Positions 1-13,596 of a DNA stretch of 64,000 nucleotides are shown here, in pieces. Positions within the stretch are counted from its first letter, which is position 1, and every line of letters begins with the position of its first letter. This DNA comes from Octopus sinensis (Eukaryota): contig NC_043009.1 of assembly GCF_006345805.1 (NCBI RefSeq), forward strand, positions 13,516,001 through 13,580,000. Direction: 5' to 3'. The position numbers were made by a program, and so were the translations under genes. A model generated the notes under the pieces. That model searched no databases. It saw nothing but the letters and a program-made list of their open reading frames with translations, and had not been told where the DNA came from.

Positions 1-9
1 ATATATATA

Positions 10-53
<44 letters not shown>

Positions 54-241
54 ATACATATATGTATGTGTGTATATATATATTATATATAGGATACACA
101 CACACCCATACTCATACATACGTATATACATACATATTACATACATATATACAATATATATTATATTATATATACGCATACACTCAGACACATAATTTCA
201 TACAAGGACTTGAGAGAGATAGATAGATAGATAGATAGATT

Positions 242-299
<58 letters not shown>

Positions 300-934
300 C
301 ATTACTAAGGTTTATATTTGGGGTTGTCAGCCCAATGTGCACGAGCGTGTATATATGATGTTTTAGTGTATATAAAGCCTTATTTTAGTGTAGTTATTAA
401 TGGTGTGGGATGTGTTTTGTAGAGGTAGACGTGTGCCAAGCAACTTAGTATAGTTGACGGAGCTGGTTCCATTTAATAAAGTAGCAGACTCACAGAAGAA
501 TCTCAAAGAAAGAAATGCCTGTTTGGAAATGTGTGTGTATGTAAGTATGTGCGTGTGTGTGCGTATGTGTGTGTGTCTTCACGTCATTGTATATCTCTTT
601 CTGTATCTGTGTATTCGGATAACTGAATATGTGTGTACGTCTGTGTGCGTGTGTGCGTGCGTATGTATGTGTGTGTGTGTGTGCTCGCGCTGCGTATGTT
701 CGTGTATGTTTGATTGTGGGAGGTATAGGTGTAATTACGTACTAAAGTTGTTTACTTGACTGTGTGTATGCGTGTATGCACACATGTAAGTGTATATGAG
801 TTCTGTTACGCATTGAGTATGTGCTTGTTCGAGGAGGGGGAGTATAACTGTTGTGAAGCTTCTCAATGGCTCTGTATGCGTCTATGCAAGTTGATGTGTG
901 TGTGTATGTGTGTGCGCGTGTAGGACGGTGGGAA

Positions 935-1325
935 AGAGAGAGAGAGAGACAGAGAGATGGGAAGAGGAGGTGGAGAGATGAAGTAGTGGGTGATTGAGAG
1001 AGAGAGAGAGAGAGACAGACAGAGAGATGGGAAGAGGGAGGTGGAGAGATGAAGTGTGGGTGATTGAGAGAGAGAGACAGAGAGAGACAGAGAGACAGAG
1101 AGATGGGAAGAGGGAGGTGGAGAGATGAAGAGTGGGTGATTGAGAGAGAGAGAGAGACAGAGAGAGACAGAGAGACAGAGAGATGGGAAGAGGGAGATGG
1201 AGAGATGAAGTGTGGGTGATTGAGAGAGAGAGAGAGAGAGACAGACAGAGAGATGGGAAGAGGGAGGTGGAGAGATGAAGAGTGGGTGATTGAGAGAGAG
1301 AGAGAGACAGAGAGAGACAGAGAGT
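935..1325. repeat. Purine-strand minisatellite, ~6 units of ~60-70 bp (gagatgggaagagggaggtggagagatgaag..gggtgatt(ga)n)
   Basis: Direct inspection; explains the S/L/H-rich 742-1359 ORF. Confidence 0.9.
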
Positions 1326-2093
1326 AAGTATGACAGAGAATATCAGTGTGTGGGTGCAAGTTTGAATATTAATGTTCCTCTGTAGATGTGTCTATATCTG
1401 TGTGTGCGCGCATGCGTATGCCCGTTCAATGAGAACAAGTAGGTGTGCATTAAGTGTGCATATCTATGGAAATATGGATGTGTACGTGTGTCTGTGACTT
1501 TTATATGACTATGTGAAAGAAAGTGTGTGTGTGTGTGTGAAGAAGAGAGCGAGAGAGAGCGAGAGAGAGAGAGAGAGACAAAGGTGGTGCGTTATACAGG
1601 ACTGTTGCTCTCTCTCTGCGTCTGTGTGTCATTTTATGAATGTGTGCCTGGGCGAGTAAATGAGCAAAATGGGATGGGTAAAATGACTGACAAACTCTTC
1701 ATGATTCTAATCACGTGACTCGTTTCATTATAAAGCGGGCTGTGTTAGCTTGGCCAAGACAACAACTGCGGAATCTGCCAAGCACAACATCCCAAATAGT
1801 TATTTTTTTCCTGATCTTCTTTTCTTCTAGTTGTAACTCATTTTCTTTTTTTTTTTTTTACATATATATATATATAATTATTATTGTTTCTGCAGGACAG
1901 ACGCTTTACATTTAAGCAGATATCGGCAGGTAAATCAGGCTCTTCATTTCTTTCTACTTTCACTTTTGTCTCTCTCACACTGTTTTGCATACAATTTGTT
2001 TATGTTTGGATTATATGCATTAGTATTCGCTTGTGTCAATATATATACATACATATATATAATAATATATATATATATATATATAACATATAT

Positions 2094-2131
<38 letters not shown>

Positions 2132-2158
2132 CATACATACATACATACATACATACAT

Positions 2159-2192
<34 letters not shown>

Positions 2193-2306
2193 ACATATAC
2201 ATATATATATATATATACATATATAGTATGTATGTATATATTGAATATATATGTATGTATATATGTGTGAATATATATATATAATATATATATATATGTA
2301 TATAGC

Positions 2307-2353
<47 letters not shown>

Positions 2354-2398
2354 TATATATATGTATATTATATATGTGTGTATGTATTTATACATATG

Positions 2399-2450
<52 letters not shown>

Positions 2451-3207
2451 GCATATATATATATATATATATACCCACATATATATACATATATATAGTG
2501 CGAATATGTATGTATGTATGTGTGTATCTATGCTTTCACTTTTTAAAGTTCAAACATGGAACGGAGGTCGTCGAATAAAGAACTTTGAATAAAGAACAAA
2601 GAGTGTTATTTCTGTTGAAGTTTAGATTATGCAATCAATAAGATAAATATACAGAAATTAAGTGCGGTTTTATGCATTTATAATTGTTGTATTTATTTAC
2701 AGATGTAACTTTGTCATTATTGCTTACAATTTACTATTTACTTCTTTATTGCTAACCATCTGTACGATTCAAAGTATAATCAGATGTTTCAACCATTGCT
2801 TTATAAATCTGAACCCAGAATCAAAGCATGAGTGCTGCATAATATAGTTGTGTCAATAGTTCACTCTTCTTACTTGTAAACTATATTAAATAAAAATGAC
2901 AATATTTAATGTGTGTATCTTTAAGTTCGAACGTATGTTTGCTTGAAGTGTGTACATATGTTAATATCAATATATATGCATATTCTATTTCGAAACCACA
3001 TGAGTAGCTCTGTTTGGTGAGATCAAAACCGAAGAATCTTTCCTAGTCATGACGATTCTATATGGCATGTTGATGCTAAACTTCTTAAGTGTTTTGTTTA
3101 ACCATATGTACACAGACAAATGTACTTTTTTTCCTTCTCTCCGGAAGTACATACATAAATGTATGTGCTTCTTTTTCTTCTCTCCGGAACTTTCCCAATC
3201 CGTCTTT

Positions 3208-3234
3208 CTGATGAAGAGCAATACTCGAAACGTC
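3208..3234 (+). ncRNA. Hammerhead-like relic in a Penelope-type end
   Basis: [CUGAUGA] A GAG-CAAUA-CUC [GAAA] CG [UC]: intact core, but stem I cannot be paired. Confidence 0.4.
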
Positions 3235-3376
3235 ACGCCCCCTCTTTTTTTTCATATTAAACTGAGCATCACCTTACTACATTCACTATGTTTGTCCTTT
3301 TGATTTTTGTGATTTGTGTTTTACTTTTGATATCATTTTTGATTTGCAATATATATGTATATTTATAAATATATAT

Positions 3377-3441
<65 letters not shown>

Positions 3442-3869
3442 CACACATATATACGTGTATACACACCATATACATAAATATATACACATATATAGTATGC
3501 ATTTGTTATAAATATATATATATATAGAAATGACTATAGAAATGACTGGTAGAAATGACTAATTGTCCCTCTTAGCGTGTGGCATGTATGTATAATGCTC
3601 TCAGGCATGTATGTATAATACCCTCTATATATAAATTAATATGTTCAATAAGAAATAATTATTTTCGAAATTTATTCTCTTATGAGGTTTTCACGCTATC
3701 TACCTGACAATTTCTTGTTAAGTTTTCCTTATTAAGTAGTTGTCCTTAATTGCTATATATATATTTATATATACACACAAATATATATGTACATATATGT
3801 ATATATGAATATATATATATATATATGTATATGTATGTATGTATTTATAGATATGTGTATATATATAAC

Positions 3870-3929
<60 letters not shown>

Positions 3930-5110
3930 CATATATGTGTGTATCCGTGCATATACATGCATACATGATAATTGTATGTATGCATGCTTGTATGCATTTA
4001 CGCATTGAAATATGTAACTCAAATTTGTATGATTAGTTCAATTGTTAATCTTATATTTACGTAATGATTTCTTAATATTCAAACTTTGATGGTGAACCAA
4101 TGTTTTAAATTGATGTTGTCTTTTTATTTGTTACTTGTAGTGTTTTCCTTTCTAGTTTTCTTTTATTTTTTCATTTGCTATGCATAACTTCCCTTTTGCC
4201 GGTTTATTTATTAAAAATTATTTCTCTAGTTATGAGAATGTTCCGAACTTACAAAAGTATTACTTATATCCAGTATAAGTAAAAAATGATCGTAGATGAT
4301 TTAATTTTAATGTAAAAAATGTACGACTATCGACGATAATTCTAAATATGTTAGCGAAATAAGAAGTATCAAAATGATATCAAGCACGAATAATTCAAAT
4401 ATTACAGATCGAGTTCAGAAAATGAATTTGTTTTATTTTCGTATCAAAGGGCACCGTTATGTGTATCAACATTCATGGAAATCCGATATTGTTACTTTCC
4501 TTTCGTAACGATAAACAGCTTACGTTTGGCTTGAAAAAAACATTTCCAAACAAACTTAACGAGCTAAATTCAACTGCATCTCATCTCATCCACAGTAATA
4601 CTGAGAATATGAGATCCTGATATTTCAGAAATGTCTATCTTGGCCCAACCCCTGCATGTTAAAGGTTATGTTGACAGCTTGTCTAGAATTTTTCTTGTTG
4701 GATTGATAATTTCCTGAAGTATACATAAGGCTTTTTTAACCCAAGATTTGAGTGAGACTCTTCAAATATTCACTTAGCTGTTAATGCTTTGGTTATTGTA
4801 GTTAGATTTTTCTCTGAAAACATTGCTGATGTTATAGTTCTTGTCCTTTCGATGCATCGATCGGCCCGTAAACGCTAGGAATTCTCTCAAGATAATCGAT
4901 CCATTTAACCAATCTCCCTCTTTTCTATAACAACATTTTTTCTGACAAAATTCTACAACAAACCCAGCTACTGACCCGTCTTTTCTGGAAAACGACCTTT
5001 AAAAATAAGCCTGTAATTTTTGTAATGAATTGAAAGATGTTTACATGTGTTGTTTTTTTTAATGATTTTTTCCCCTCTATTCTTGGCTTCTTGTTGGCAA
5101 CAAAAATTAT

Positions 5111-5986
5111 GTTACAACGGGACAATAGCCTTAACAATTTCAATAAGAGTTATTTAGCATTTTCAACGGGATAATAGCCTTACAACGGGACAATAGGCTC
5201 CAACGAGACAATAGCCTTAACATTTTCAAAAATATTTTCACTATAAGAGTTTGGAAACTCTTATATTGAGTGAAACTGCAAACTCTTATATTGAAACTCC
5301 AAATGTAAATCCATAATGTATTCGAAATTTTCTTTTAGTAGATTATGAAGTCTATTTCTCTGCAAAATTTCAACTTAAGATTAAAATTGTTAATAATTTA
5401 CGACATCCACCGACATTCCATAAAGTGGAAAATATATACCTCAATAAGACTGTCGGTGGTCCTGTGAATTCGAACATAGAGGAAGTGAAGAAAATATGAT
5501 GACAGAATAACTTGCGTATGCATAGATCCATGCTAATATTAAAACATATATGTACGTAGCCAAAAGCATTGGTACCCCCAGATACGATAAATATTTTGAA
5601 GTACTGTTAGATATTGACAAAGAAAGTCAGAAACTTATAGTATGCTGCAATTTCAATCTTTAAATATTTAACGAAGCTCTGAAATTATGCAAAAGTTTTT
5701 ATAATTGCCATGTAATAAGTTTGTTGTTTTGAAAGAAATTAAAATCATGGCAAAATGCATTTCAGTAACGAAAGATTTTTGAAATGATAGATAGTATGTT
5801 CCGTCCCTATTTCATATGAAATATACGTGCTTATACACGTACGAATACATGCACACTCGCATATCCACATCCACACACACACACACCACACACACACATA
5901 CATATGTATATATGCTACACCTTATACTCGCATTAATACTTCCTGTACACTTATTGAAAACGTTAAGGCTATTGTCCCGTTGTAAC
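5111..5986. mobile_element. Probable non-autonomous DNA transposon (MITE-like) with 25-bp perfect inverted termini and subterminal repeats
   Basis: gttacaacgggacaatagccttaac (5111-5135) is the exact reverse complement of 5962-5986, extendable to about 38 bp. Three more gg(g/a)(c/t)aatag(c/g)c-like repeats lie at 5165-5220, with an internal palindrome tataagagttt-gg-aaactcttata (5242-5265). No TSD seen. Confidence 0.55.
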
Positions 5987-6775
5987 GGATCCTAAATTCT
6001 GGATCTTGGTTAAGAAATAGCAAAAACACTTTTGATACCTCTCAAAATGCGTCCACGGTTGAATGCCAGGTAGCTAAGAACGTTACACGCTTCAAGCCAA
6101 TCAAAATCTATAATTATTTGCATACGTACATCTTATATTCAATGGTTATTTGTTTCATATTTACACAATAGATCTGTTTTCTCATCTTATTGTTGCTCTA
6201 TAATCGATAACGTTAAAATCGGAAGTGACGTTTCTGAAGGCAAAGTTGATATTATAGGTTATTGTATTAACTTTTTCTCCTCTTTGATTTTACAGTTTAT
6301 TATGTCGTATATATCCTACCTATTGAAAATACACACACACACGCACACACACACACGCACCCACACACACGCACACACACACACATGTATGTATATATAT
6401 ATATGTGTGTGTGTGTGTGTGCATGTGTGTGTGTGTGCATGTGTGTGTGTGTGTGTGTTTGTCTCTCACGTTTACAGAATCCTACACTACAAATCTGTAC
6501 AAATAATGATAATAATAGTAAAGAACAACAACAGCTTATTCAAATACAAAAAAATAACTGTGAAATGCATCTCTGATTAGAATAGATTATTCTTGGTAGT
6601 AGTAACATCTTATGATTTTCATTAATCTCTGATAAACATTAGAGTAATGTTCTTAATTAATCATGTTCGTATCTTCCTGAAAGTCTTTAAATGTGATTTC
6701 CAAAATTCTTAATCTAAATCTGTAGAAGGTATAGACTGTTACCATAGCTGTATGTCATTTATACGTACTTTATAA

Positions 6776-6929
6776 GAGCCAGCGTAAGTTTACATTATAA
6801 CCCTTTTGGCTCTCCAGCATGCTTCGGCGAGCGCGATTTCATTTGACATTCAAGTGTTTTGTGATAACTGGCAACGATATATTTATTTTCAGCCGCAGAC
6901 ACAAAACCTTGAAGTGACCCGACTTCTTG
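6776..6929. repeat. 154-bp dispersed direct repeat, copy 1 (copy 2 at 9391-9544)
   Basis: 10 substitutions and no indels between the copies by manual alignment. Confidence 0.9.
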
Positions 6930-9390
6930 ATTCAAATGAAATTACGCTCGTTAAATTCAAATTCCTGGGTTCAAAGATTTAAAATGAAATCTCAAACAAT
7001 TTTCAAATAATTTTTTGCTCCATTTCAATTTATAGCCTACTTTACTGTATTTAGCTCATCAGGAGATTATACTATGAATTACATTTTCTTAAATATTAAA
7101 TGTTATAAAACATGAGTCCAAACGTAATGCGCAAAATAATTAACAAGCCCTTAGATTTAGAGCTGTTCAAGTTCTGTATCAGACTGAGGTTTAGATTTTA
7201 TAATATCATTTACTTTCTAAAATTGTAATAGATGGTTTCATGGTTTCATTAGTTTTGTCTTCTAAACACAGTACAATCCAATGCGATCAAGGTTATGCTG
7301 GAGGTTGTCTTGAATTTATTTTATTTCTGATATTTGTGTTTTTATATCTTCACTGCATTCTTTTCACTATATTTTTTCAACTTCTATAACTGTTGATATT
7401 GCTTAATTTTTGGTTTGTCTATTGTATGTACGTATAACAAGTTCAACAATTATATTTCCTAGTATGTATCCTATTAAATAATATCTTTATCGCACAGTTT
7501 CAAAATTTATCGCAATGTTTTAGAATCAAATACTGTCTAGGTAATATTGTATATTCCCGCATATCCAATTATGCCCTGACGCTCATCTCATAAGTTTTGT
7601 GTTCATCTCCCCCTGTCAGTGTTTAATAAGATAAGCCATTTTATACAACACTCTCTGACAAGTAAAGTACTGCATTTCATTCTTGGTATGAAAAACTAAA
7701 CGTGATAACATTTCTTATCCTTAAGTGAAGAACTATTTTGCTGAAAAATAGTTAATATATACTCAGTTAACTGTATAGTTGTACAGATATGCTTTTAAGT
7801 AGATTAAAATCAGAAATATTTTATGCGAAAGTCCAAATCAGTAAAGCGTTGCTGTACAAGTTGCTTTATTATTGATAGGAGACGAGCGAAGTCACTCATT
7901 TTAAAATAAAAGCCTTGAGAACGAATATGCCACTTGACTGCGAAAGATTTGGATAATTTGACAGTTTTACGAAGGAGCTGAATATGTATTGCAATCCTAA
8001 ACCGCAGATTCATGTGGTTGATTGGCCAATCAGTTCAGCATTGGCAAGAAATAATTTGATTCAAAATGGTGTAGATACATGTTTGCTATTTGTTATGAAT
8101 CAAAGGTAACTTCATGAACATCTTAAGCGAGAACGTAAGCATGTGTCACGCAGTAAAATTAGTTTCTTCTTACATAAGACTTGGGTGGTATGAGGAGCGG
8201 CGAACGGGTTCTCTCTATATACAAAGAGAAATGTTTTTGACCTGCTCTTTCACATATATTTAACACTCTTATAAGATACTGCTGATCGTTCTTTTTTCAC
8301 ATCCTATTACAAAATGTGCTGCTAAGATGATATCGTTATTTGGAATAAGGAAATAGGAAGGAGTGTGATGCTAGTGATAAGAATTTTAAGAAGTTCTTTA
8401 ACTTATCCGATTATTTATTTTTACTTGTGGCGATATCAACTAACAACTCAGTTTTTGTTTTCGCCAATCTATTTTTCTTTAGTAACCAAGCTTTATAATT
8501 GTAAACTTTTCTGTTGCTCCATTTTTATATAATTTCATTTGTAGAATTTTTTCCATAATAGCTATTTTTTGTATCAACATTTTTTCCGTAATTCTACCTC
8601 AGATTAAAGCTCAAGAAATGTCTTGCAGCATGACTTTCTCTTCTTTCACACAAATAACTGTACAGTGGGTTCTACCATATAACATTTCGTTTCCTAGCAC
8701 TGTTATGTTTGTTGTTAAATGGTGTTTGAGATTAGTTTATTCTTTCTTGATATCAACCACGTAGTACTGTAGTACTGCGCGTAAATAACAATAATATTCT
8801 TCAGATAATAAACCTAATAACTTGATCCTTATTTGAAAAATTTATTATTTCGATGTGTGTTTGGATTGTGCAGGTACATAAGGGATATTTGTTTCCAAAA
8901 AGAGCACAGTTTGCACTCATTCACACGGTTAAAAATCATGAATCCGCTTGCCAGAATCCTACTCCAAGAGCATTAAAAAGAATTTCCAGTTTGAAGAACA
9001 GGAATAAAACTACCAGCACGCATAATTCAATTTCCTCAATTTCTCAATGCTGTCATCAAAGTTGTGTTGTTTATCTATGTTTATCTGTATTTGCATGTAT
9101 GTATGTGTGTGTATAATATTCTCTCAATATTTTCTATTTGTTATCAACAACTGTTTCTGTCTCATTATCTTTCCTTCAGTGTGTGTGTGTGTGTGTGTCG
9201 GTGTGTGTGTGTGTGTGTGTCGGTGTTTGTGTGTGCGTGTGTGTGTGTGCGTGTGTGTGTGTGCGTGTGTGTGTGTGCGTGTGTGAGTACGTGTGTATGC
9301 CTATGGGCGTAGGAGAATGTTTTGAATTTTCGTTTTGAATTTCCTTGATTCGATTTGTGTGATTCTCATTTTGGATAACTAACTTTATAC

Positions 9391-9544
9391 GAGCCAGCGT
9401 AAGTTTACGTTATAACCCTTTAGGCTCTCCGGCATGCTACGGCGAGCGCGATTTCATTTGACATTAAAATGATTTGTGATAACTAGCAACGATATATTTA
9501 CTTTCAGCCGCAGACACAAAACCTTGAAGTAACCCGACTTCTTG
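9391..9544. repeat. 154-bp dispersed direct repeat, copy 2
   Basis: See 6776-6929. Confidence 0.9.
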
Positions 9545-9792
9545 TCATCTAGGCGTATACATTCGTATTGCGCAAAATTGGTTTGACAGAAACTATTTTG
9601 AGATACATCAGATGGATTCTGCCTGTGAGTCCACAGTCCAGTCTGTGATACACTGTGCCATGTTGAGTCTATATCAATAATTACATTAACGATACAAACG
9701 TGTCTAGGACATTCAAGGACTGACAGTGTAATATAACGAAAAAGTTCCCATGTTAGAGCGACTGTGATACTATCGAAAACTATTGGAAATTC

Positions 9793-9886
<94 letters not shown>

Positions 9887-9925
9887 TATCTATCTATATA
9901 TTATATATATATCTATATATATATA

Positions 9926-10010
<85 letters not shown>

Positions 10011-10229
10011 CACAACATATATATATATACATATATATATATACAGACATATAAATAATATTTTAAAAATAATATATATATCTATATATATAGTATATAT
10101 ATACACGAATTTAAGTAGATATAGAATGCAAGTATGTACGTTTCTATGTGTATGTGTGTGTGTATATGTAGCTGCTTCTTTTCGTAAAAGAATGTAGCTG
10201 CTTCTTTTCGTAAAAGATAGTAAAACTTG

Positions 10230-11080
10230 AGAGAAAGCAAAACATAAAGAAAACAAAAAGAAAGTAGGAAAGAAGGAGGTAACTTAAAATAATTTGAGAA
10301 TATTACAAAACAAATGAATAAAAGGGAGACAGTGTTAATTATAAAATTATTTTACAATTTAGAAATCTTTAAATAATCAACAACAAAGTAGGGTGACACG
10401 GAGAGTGTAAGAGCGGGAGATTGATAGACGGGGATAGAGAGATAATGAGAAAATGGTGGGTGGGAGAAATCAGATAATAGCACTTGTATGAAAAAGAGAG
10501 GAACAGAAGCGGTAAATAAAGTAATTCAGAAGTCTACGAAATGATGTCGATAATTGATAGAATGAAAGTGTGAGGGGAAGAAATCAGTAAGAAGGAAAGA
10601 AAAAGAAAGAAAGAACAAACGAATAAAAAAGAACTGGTTAAGAAGAGAAGAAATTAAACAAAAATATACGAAAGAAAATGTAGTTATTGAATGAAAAAAC
10701 GAAAACAAAAACTATTAGATGGAGTGAGAGAAAGAGATAGAGAGAGAGAGGAAAAGAATGAGAGAAAGAGAGGCAGAGGGAAAGAGAATAGTGAGATGGG
10801 GAAAAATAAGAAATAAATGTAAAGATGAAAGCAAAGGACAAAAATGAAGAGAGAAAGAAGCAGAAGAGGAAGAAAACGATGAAATAAAACAAAAACTCGT
10901 TGCATTAAAGAAAGAAACATTTAAAATAGACGAAAAACTACGGAAAAAATACAGAGAAAAGTAAGAAAGAAATATTACAGTGTTACAAAAATAGAGAAAA
11001 TCGAAAGAATGAAAAACCAAGGAAGAAATTACCATAGAAGAAATACGGTATGATGATTGAAAGAGTAGGTTGGGTTTACA
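10230..11080 (+). repeat. ~850-bp purine-rich (A/G) low-complexity tract
   Basis: Strong strand asymmetry; source of the F/S/L-rich minus-strand ORFs. Confidence 0.85.
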
Positions 11081-11630
11081 AATGAAGAAGCGTAGATAGG
11101 CGTTAACAATACCTATCTTATCAATAAGGACTCCGTAGCCCGTCCTATGACTCCATCTACGAAAATATGTAAATACCAACACATTTATTTTCATTATGTA
11201 TAATAAATATGATACCAGAGATGCGCCTAAATTTACCACGAAATTAAATCTTTGCTAAATAAATATTTATACCTTGCTATATTTTCTACATGGCATTCCT
11301 TTAGCTATATTAACTTCAAGAAACGTAAGTACTGTGTATCACGCTGAGCCCAAAGAACTATTATTGTTATATCCGCTTATATATATATATATATATATAT
11401 ATATTTAGATCAGTAATGCACAAGTATGTGAGTGTATATACAGATCCACGTGTTGCATGTGTAGTTAGGTGTTTTTTTCCTCAAAAAACATGGTTTCGGG
11501 CTCCGTTCTACTGTGTGCAAACTGTAGGAGATGTCTTTTATTATACCTACAGGCTGACTGAAAACTTGCGAGTTAATTTAGTAGACAAATGTTGAACAAA
11601 GTCCATCATAGATACACACACACAAACATG

Positions 11631-11661
<31 letters not shown>

Positions 11662-11871
11662 TATATATAATATATTATATATATATTATATAAAAGGGCT
11701 TAGTAAAATAAATTACTTTGCCGCATACTGAACTCATTAGAAATAGCAGCTAAAAAACTTTTTAAGGCTATTTCTAATACTTAAAGAAAATCTCTCTCAT
11801 ATATAGTGTTTGCTTAATTCAACTCACAAAAGTTTGGGGGTAAGGACATCGAAAAATCAAATGCTAAGGTT

Positions 11872-11930
11872 ATTCGAGAACGTACGTTTCAAGATTAGTC
11901 AAAACAACATTTCTATCATCGGCTCAGAAT
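11872..11930 (-). ncRNA. Minimal type-I hammerhead ribozyme-like motif, copy 1
   Basis: The - strand reads AUUC-U-GAG [CCGAUGA] U-AGA-(17 nt)-UCU-U [GAAA] CGUACG [UU] CUC-GAAU. Stem I is 3+4 bp, helix III is palindromic (ACGUACGU), the core has a U4C deviation and stem II is weak. Confidence 0.55.
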
Positions 11931-12414
11931 TCCTTGGTTTGGATTTGGAAACACTGAAAATAAGAACATACCCTTTCGAAGATCTGCTCCCAACTAACAG
12001 TGCCAACAAATTCAAAATAAGCAAGCGAAGAATCTCTGTTCTCCCCTTTCCACCAGCGTGGGTTAAAATCATCAAACACTATGCTTATTTCGGTAAAATC
12101 CGAAGCATTAATCAGAGGGAGATTAATTATAATTTCAACAATGAGGGCAAAATTAATTAATTATTAATCAATTTCACCAAGTGTTCAGTATGCAAAGGGA
12201 CCATTCAAGGCGAATTCAAATTATTACATTATATAAAAGGGCTTAGTAAAATAAATTACTTTGCCGCATACTGAACTCATTAGAAATAGCAGCTAAAAAA
12301 CTTTTTAAGGCTATTTCTAATACTTAAAGAAAATCTCTCTCATATATAGTGTTTGCTTAATTCAACTCACAAAAGTTTGGGGGTAAGGACATCGAAAAAT
12401 CAAATGCTAAGGTT

Positions 12415-12473
12415 ATTCGAGAACGTACGTTTCAAGATTAGTCAAAACAACATTTCTATCATCGGCTCAGAAT
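12415..12473 (-). ncRNA. Minimal type-I hammerhead ribozyme-like motif, copy 2
   Basis: Identical to 11872-11930, offset by 543 nt. Confidence 0.55.
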
Positions 12474-12729
12474 TCCTTGGTTTGGATTTGGAAACACTGA
12501 AAATAAGAACATACCCTTTCGAAGATCTGCTCCCAACTAACAGTGCCAACAAATTCAAAATAAGCAAGCGAAGAATCTCTGTTCTCCCCTTTCCACCAGC
12601 GTGGGTTAAAATCATCAAACACTATGCTTATTTCGGTAAAATCCGAAGCATTAATCAGAGGGAGATTAATTATAATTTCAACAATTGAGGGCAAAATTAA
12701 TTAATTATTAATCAATTTCACCAAGTGTG

Positions 12730-12773
<44 letters not shown>

Positions 12774-12870
12774 AGGGCCGGGTTGAGTCGGGGTTAACCA
12801 CAGTAAATAAGGTACTCAATACATAGCAGAGTAAATTCATTTATTTTATAGAAGGAACTTCTGAAGCTTC

Positions 12871-12907
12871 CTGAAGATTTCATTTGAATGAAACAGTTCT
12901 AGTCCTG
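12871..12907 (+). ncRNA. Hammerhead-like relic inside a short fold-back
   Basis: [CUGAAGA] U UUC-AUUU-GAA U [GAAA] CAGUUC [UA]: intact core, with helix III and stem I disrupted. Confidence 0.3.
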
Positions 12908-12928
12908 TAGAAGCTCCTTCTATAATAT

Positions 12929-12970
<42 letters not shown>

Positions 12971-12980
12971 AGTATATATA

Positions 12981-13186
12981 TTTCTTTACTGCCCACAAAG
13001 GGCTAAACACAGAGGGGACAAACAAGGACAGACAAAGGGACCCCCAGTGCGTAACTGGTACTTTATTTATCGACCCCGAAAGGATGAAAGGCAAAGTCGA
13101 CCTCGGCGGAATTTGACATCAGAACGTAACGGCGGACGAAATACGGCTGCGCATTTCGCCCGGCGTGCTAACGTTTCTGCCAGCTC
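12981..13186 (-). mobile_element. SINE group B (head ggcggcgagctggcagaa, body ggggtcgat..aagtaccag)
   Basis: Near-identical to 38518-38748 and 48028-48262, with an internal deletion. Confidence 0.8.
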
Positions 13187-13340
13187 ACATACATACGTAT
13201 ATATATGTATATGTGTATGTATGTACATATGTATGTGTGTGCATGTGTACGTATGTATATATGCATGTATACATATATATATATATACAAATATGTATGT
13301 ATACACACACACGCGCGCATACATACGTATATGTATATAT

Positions 13341-13406
<66 letters not shown>

Positions 13407-13449
13407 CATAAGTGTATATATATAAGTATATATATATATATATATATAA

Positions 13450-13504
<55 letters not shown>

Positions 13505-13531
13505 TGTATATATATAGGTATATATATATAA

Positions 13532-13578
<47 letters not shown>

Positions 13579-13596
13579 CATATAAACAGACGCACA

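Larger units (their letters stand above)
11685..12728 (-). mobile_element. Tandem 543-bp unit (one full copy 11685-12227, one near-full copy 12228-12728), Penelope pseudo-LTR / retrozyme-like, embedded in (TA)n
   Basis: Copies are identical except a 1-nt indel (caacaatgagg vs caacaattgagg); flanked by TA microsatellite; each copy carries a hammerhead-like motif on the - strand. Confidence 0.6.

Noticed and set aside
4440-4900. Possible very old CR1/Jockey-like LINE remnant on the - strand
   Set aside because: No diagnostic RT motif could be read; too degenerate to support.
6776-6860. HDV-like ribozyme in the 154-bp duplicate (GAGCCAG/TTGGCTC stem and a UUCG hairpin)
   Set aside because: No GG/CC P1.1, P2 or P3 elements could be placed on either strand, and copy 2 breaks the putative P1.
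11810-12688. Duplicated 116/111-aa ORF (TTG start) in the tandem unit
   Set aside because: No recognisable domain, non-ATG start, and it lies antisense to the hammerhead-bearing strand of a repeat; its identity is due to the duplication.
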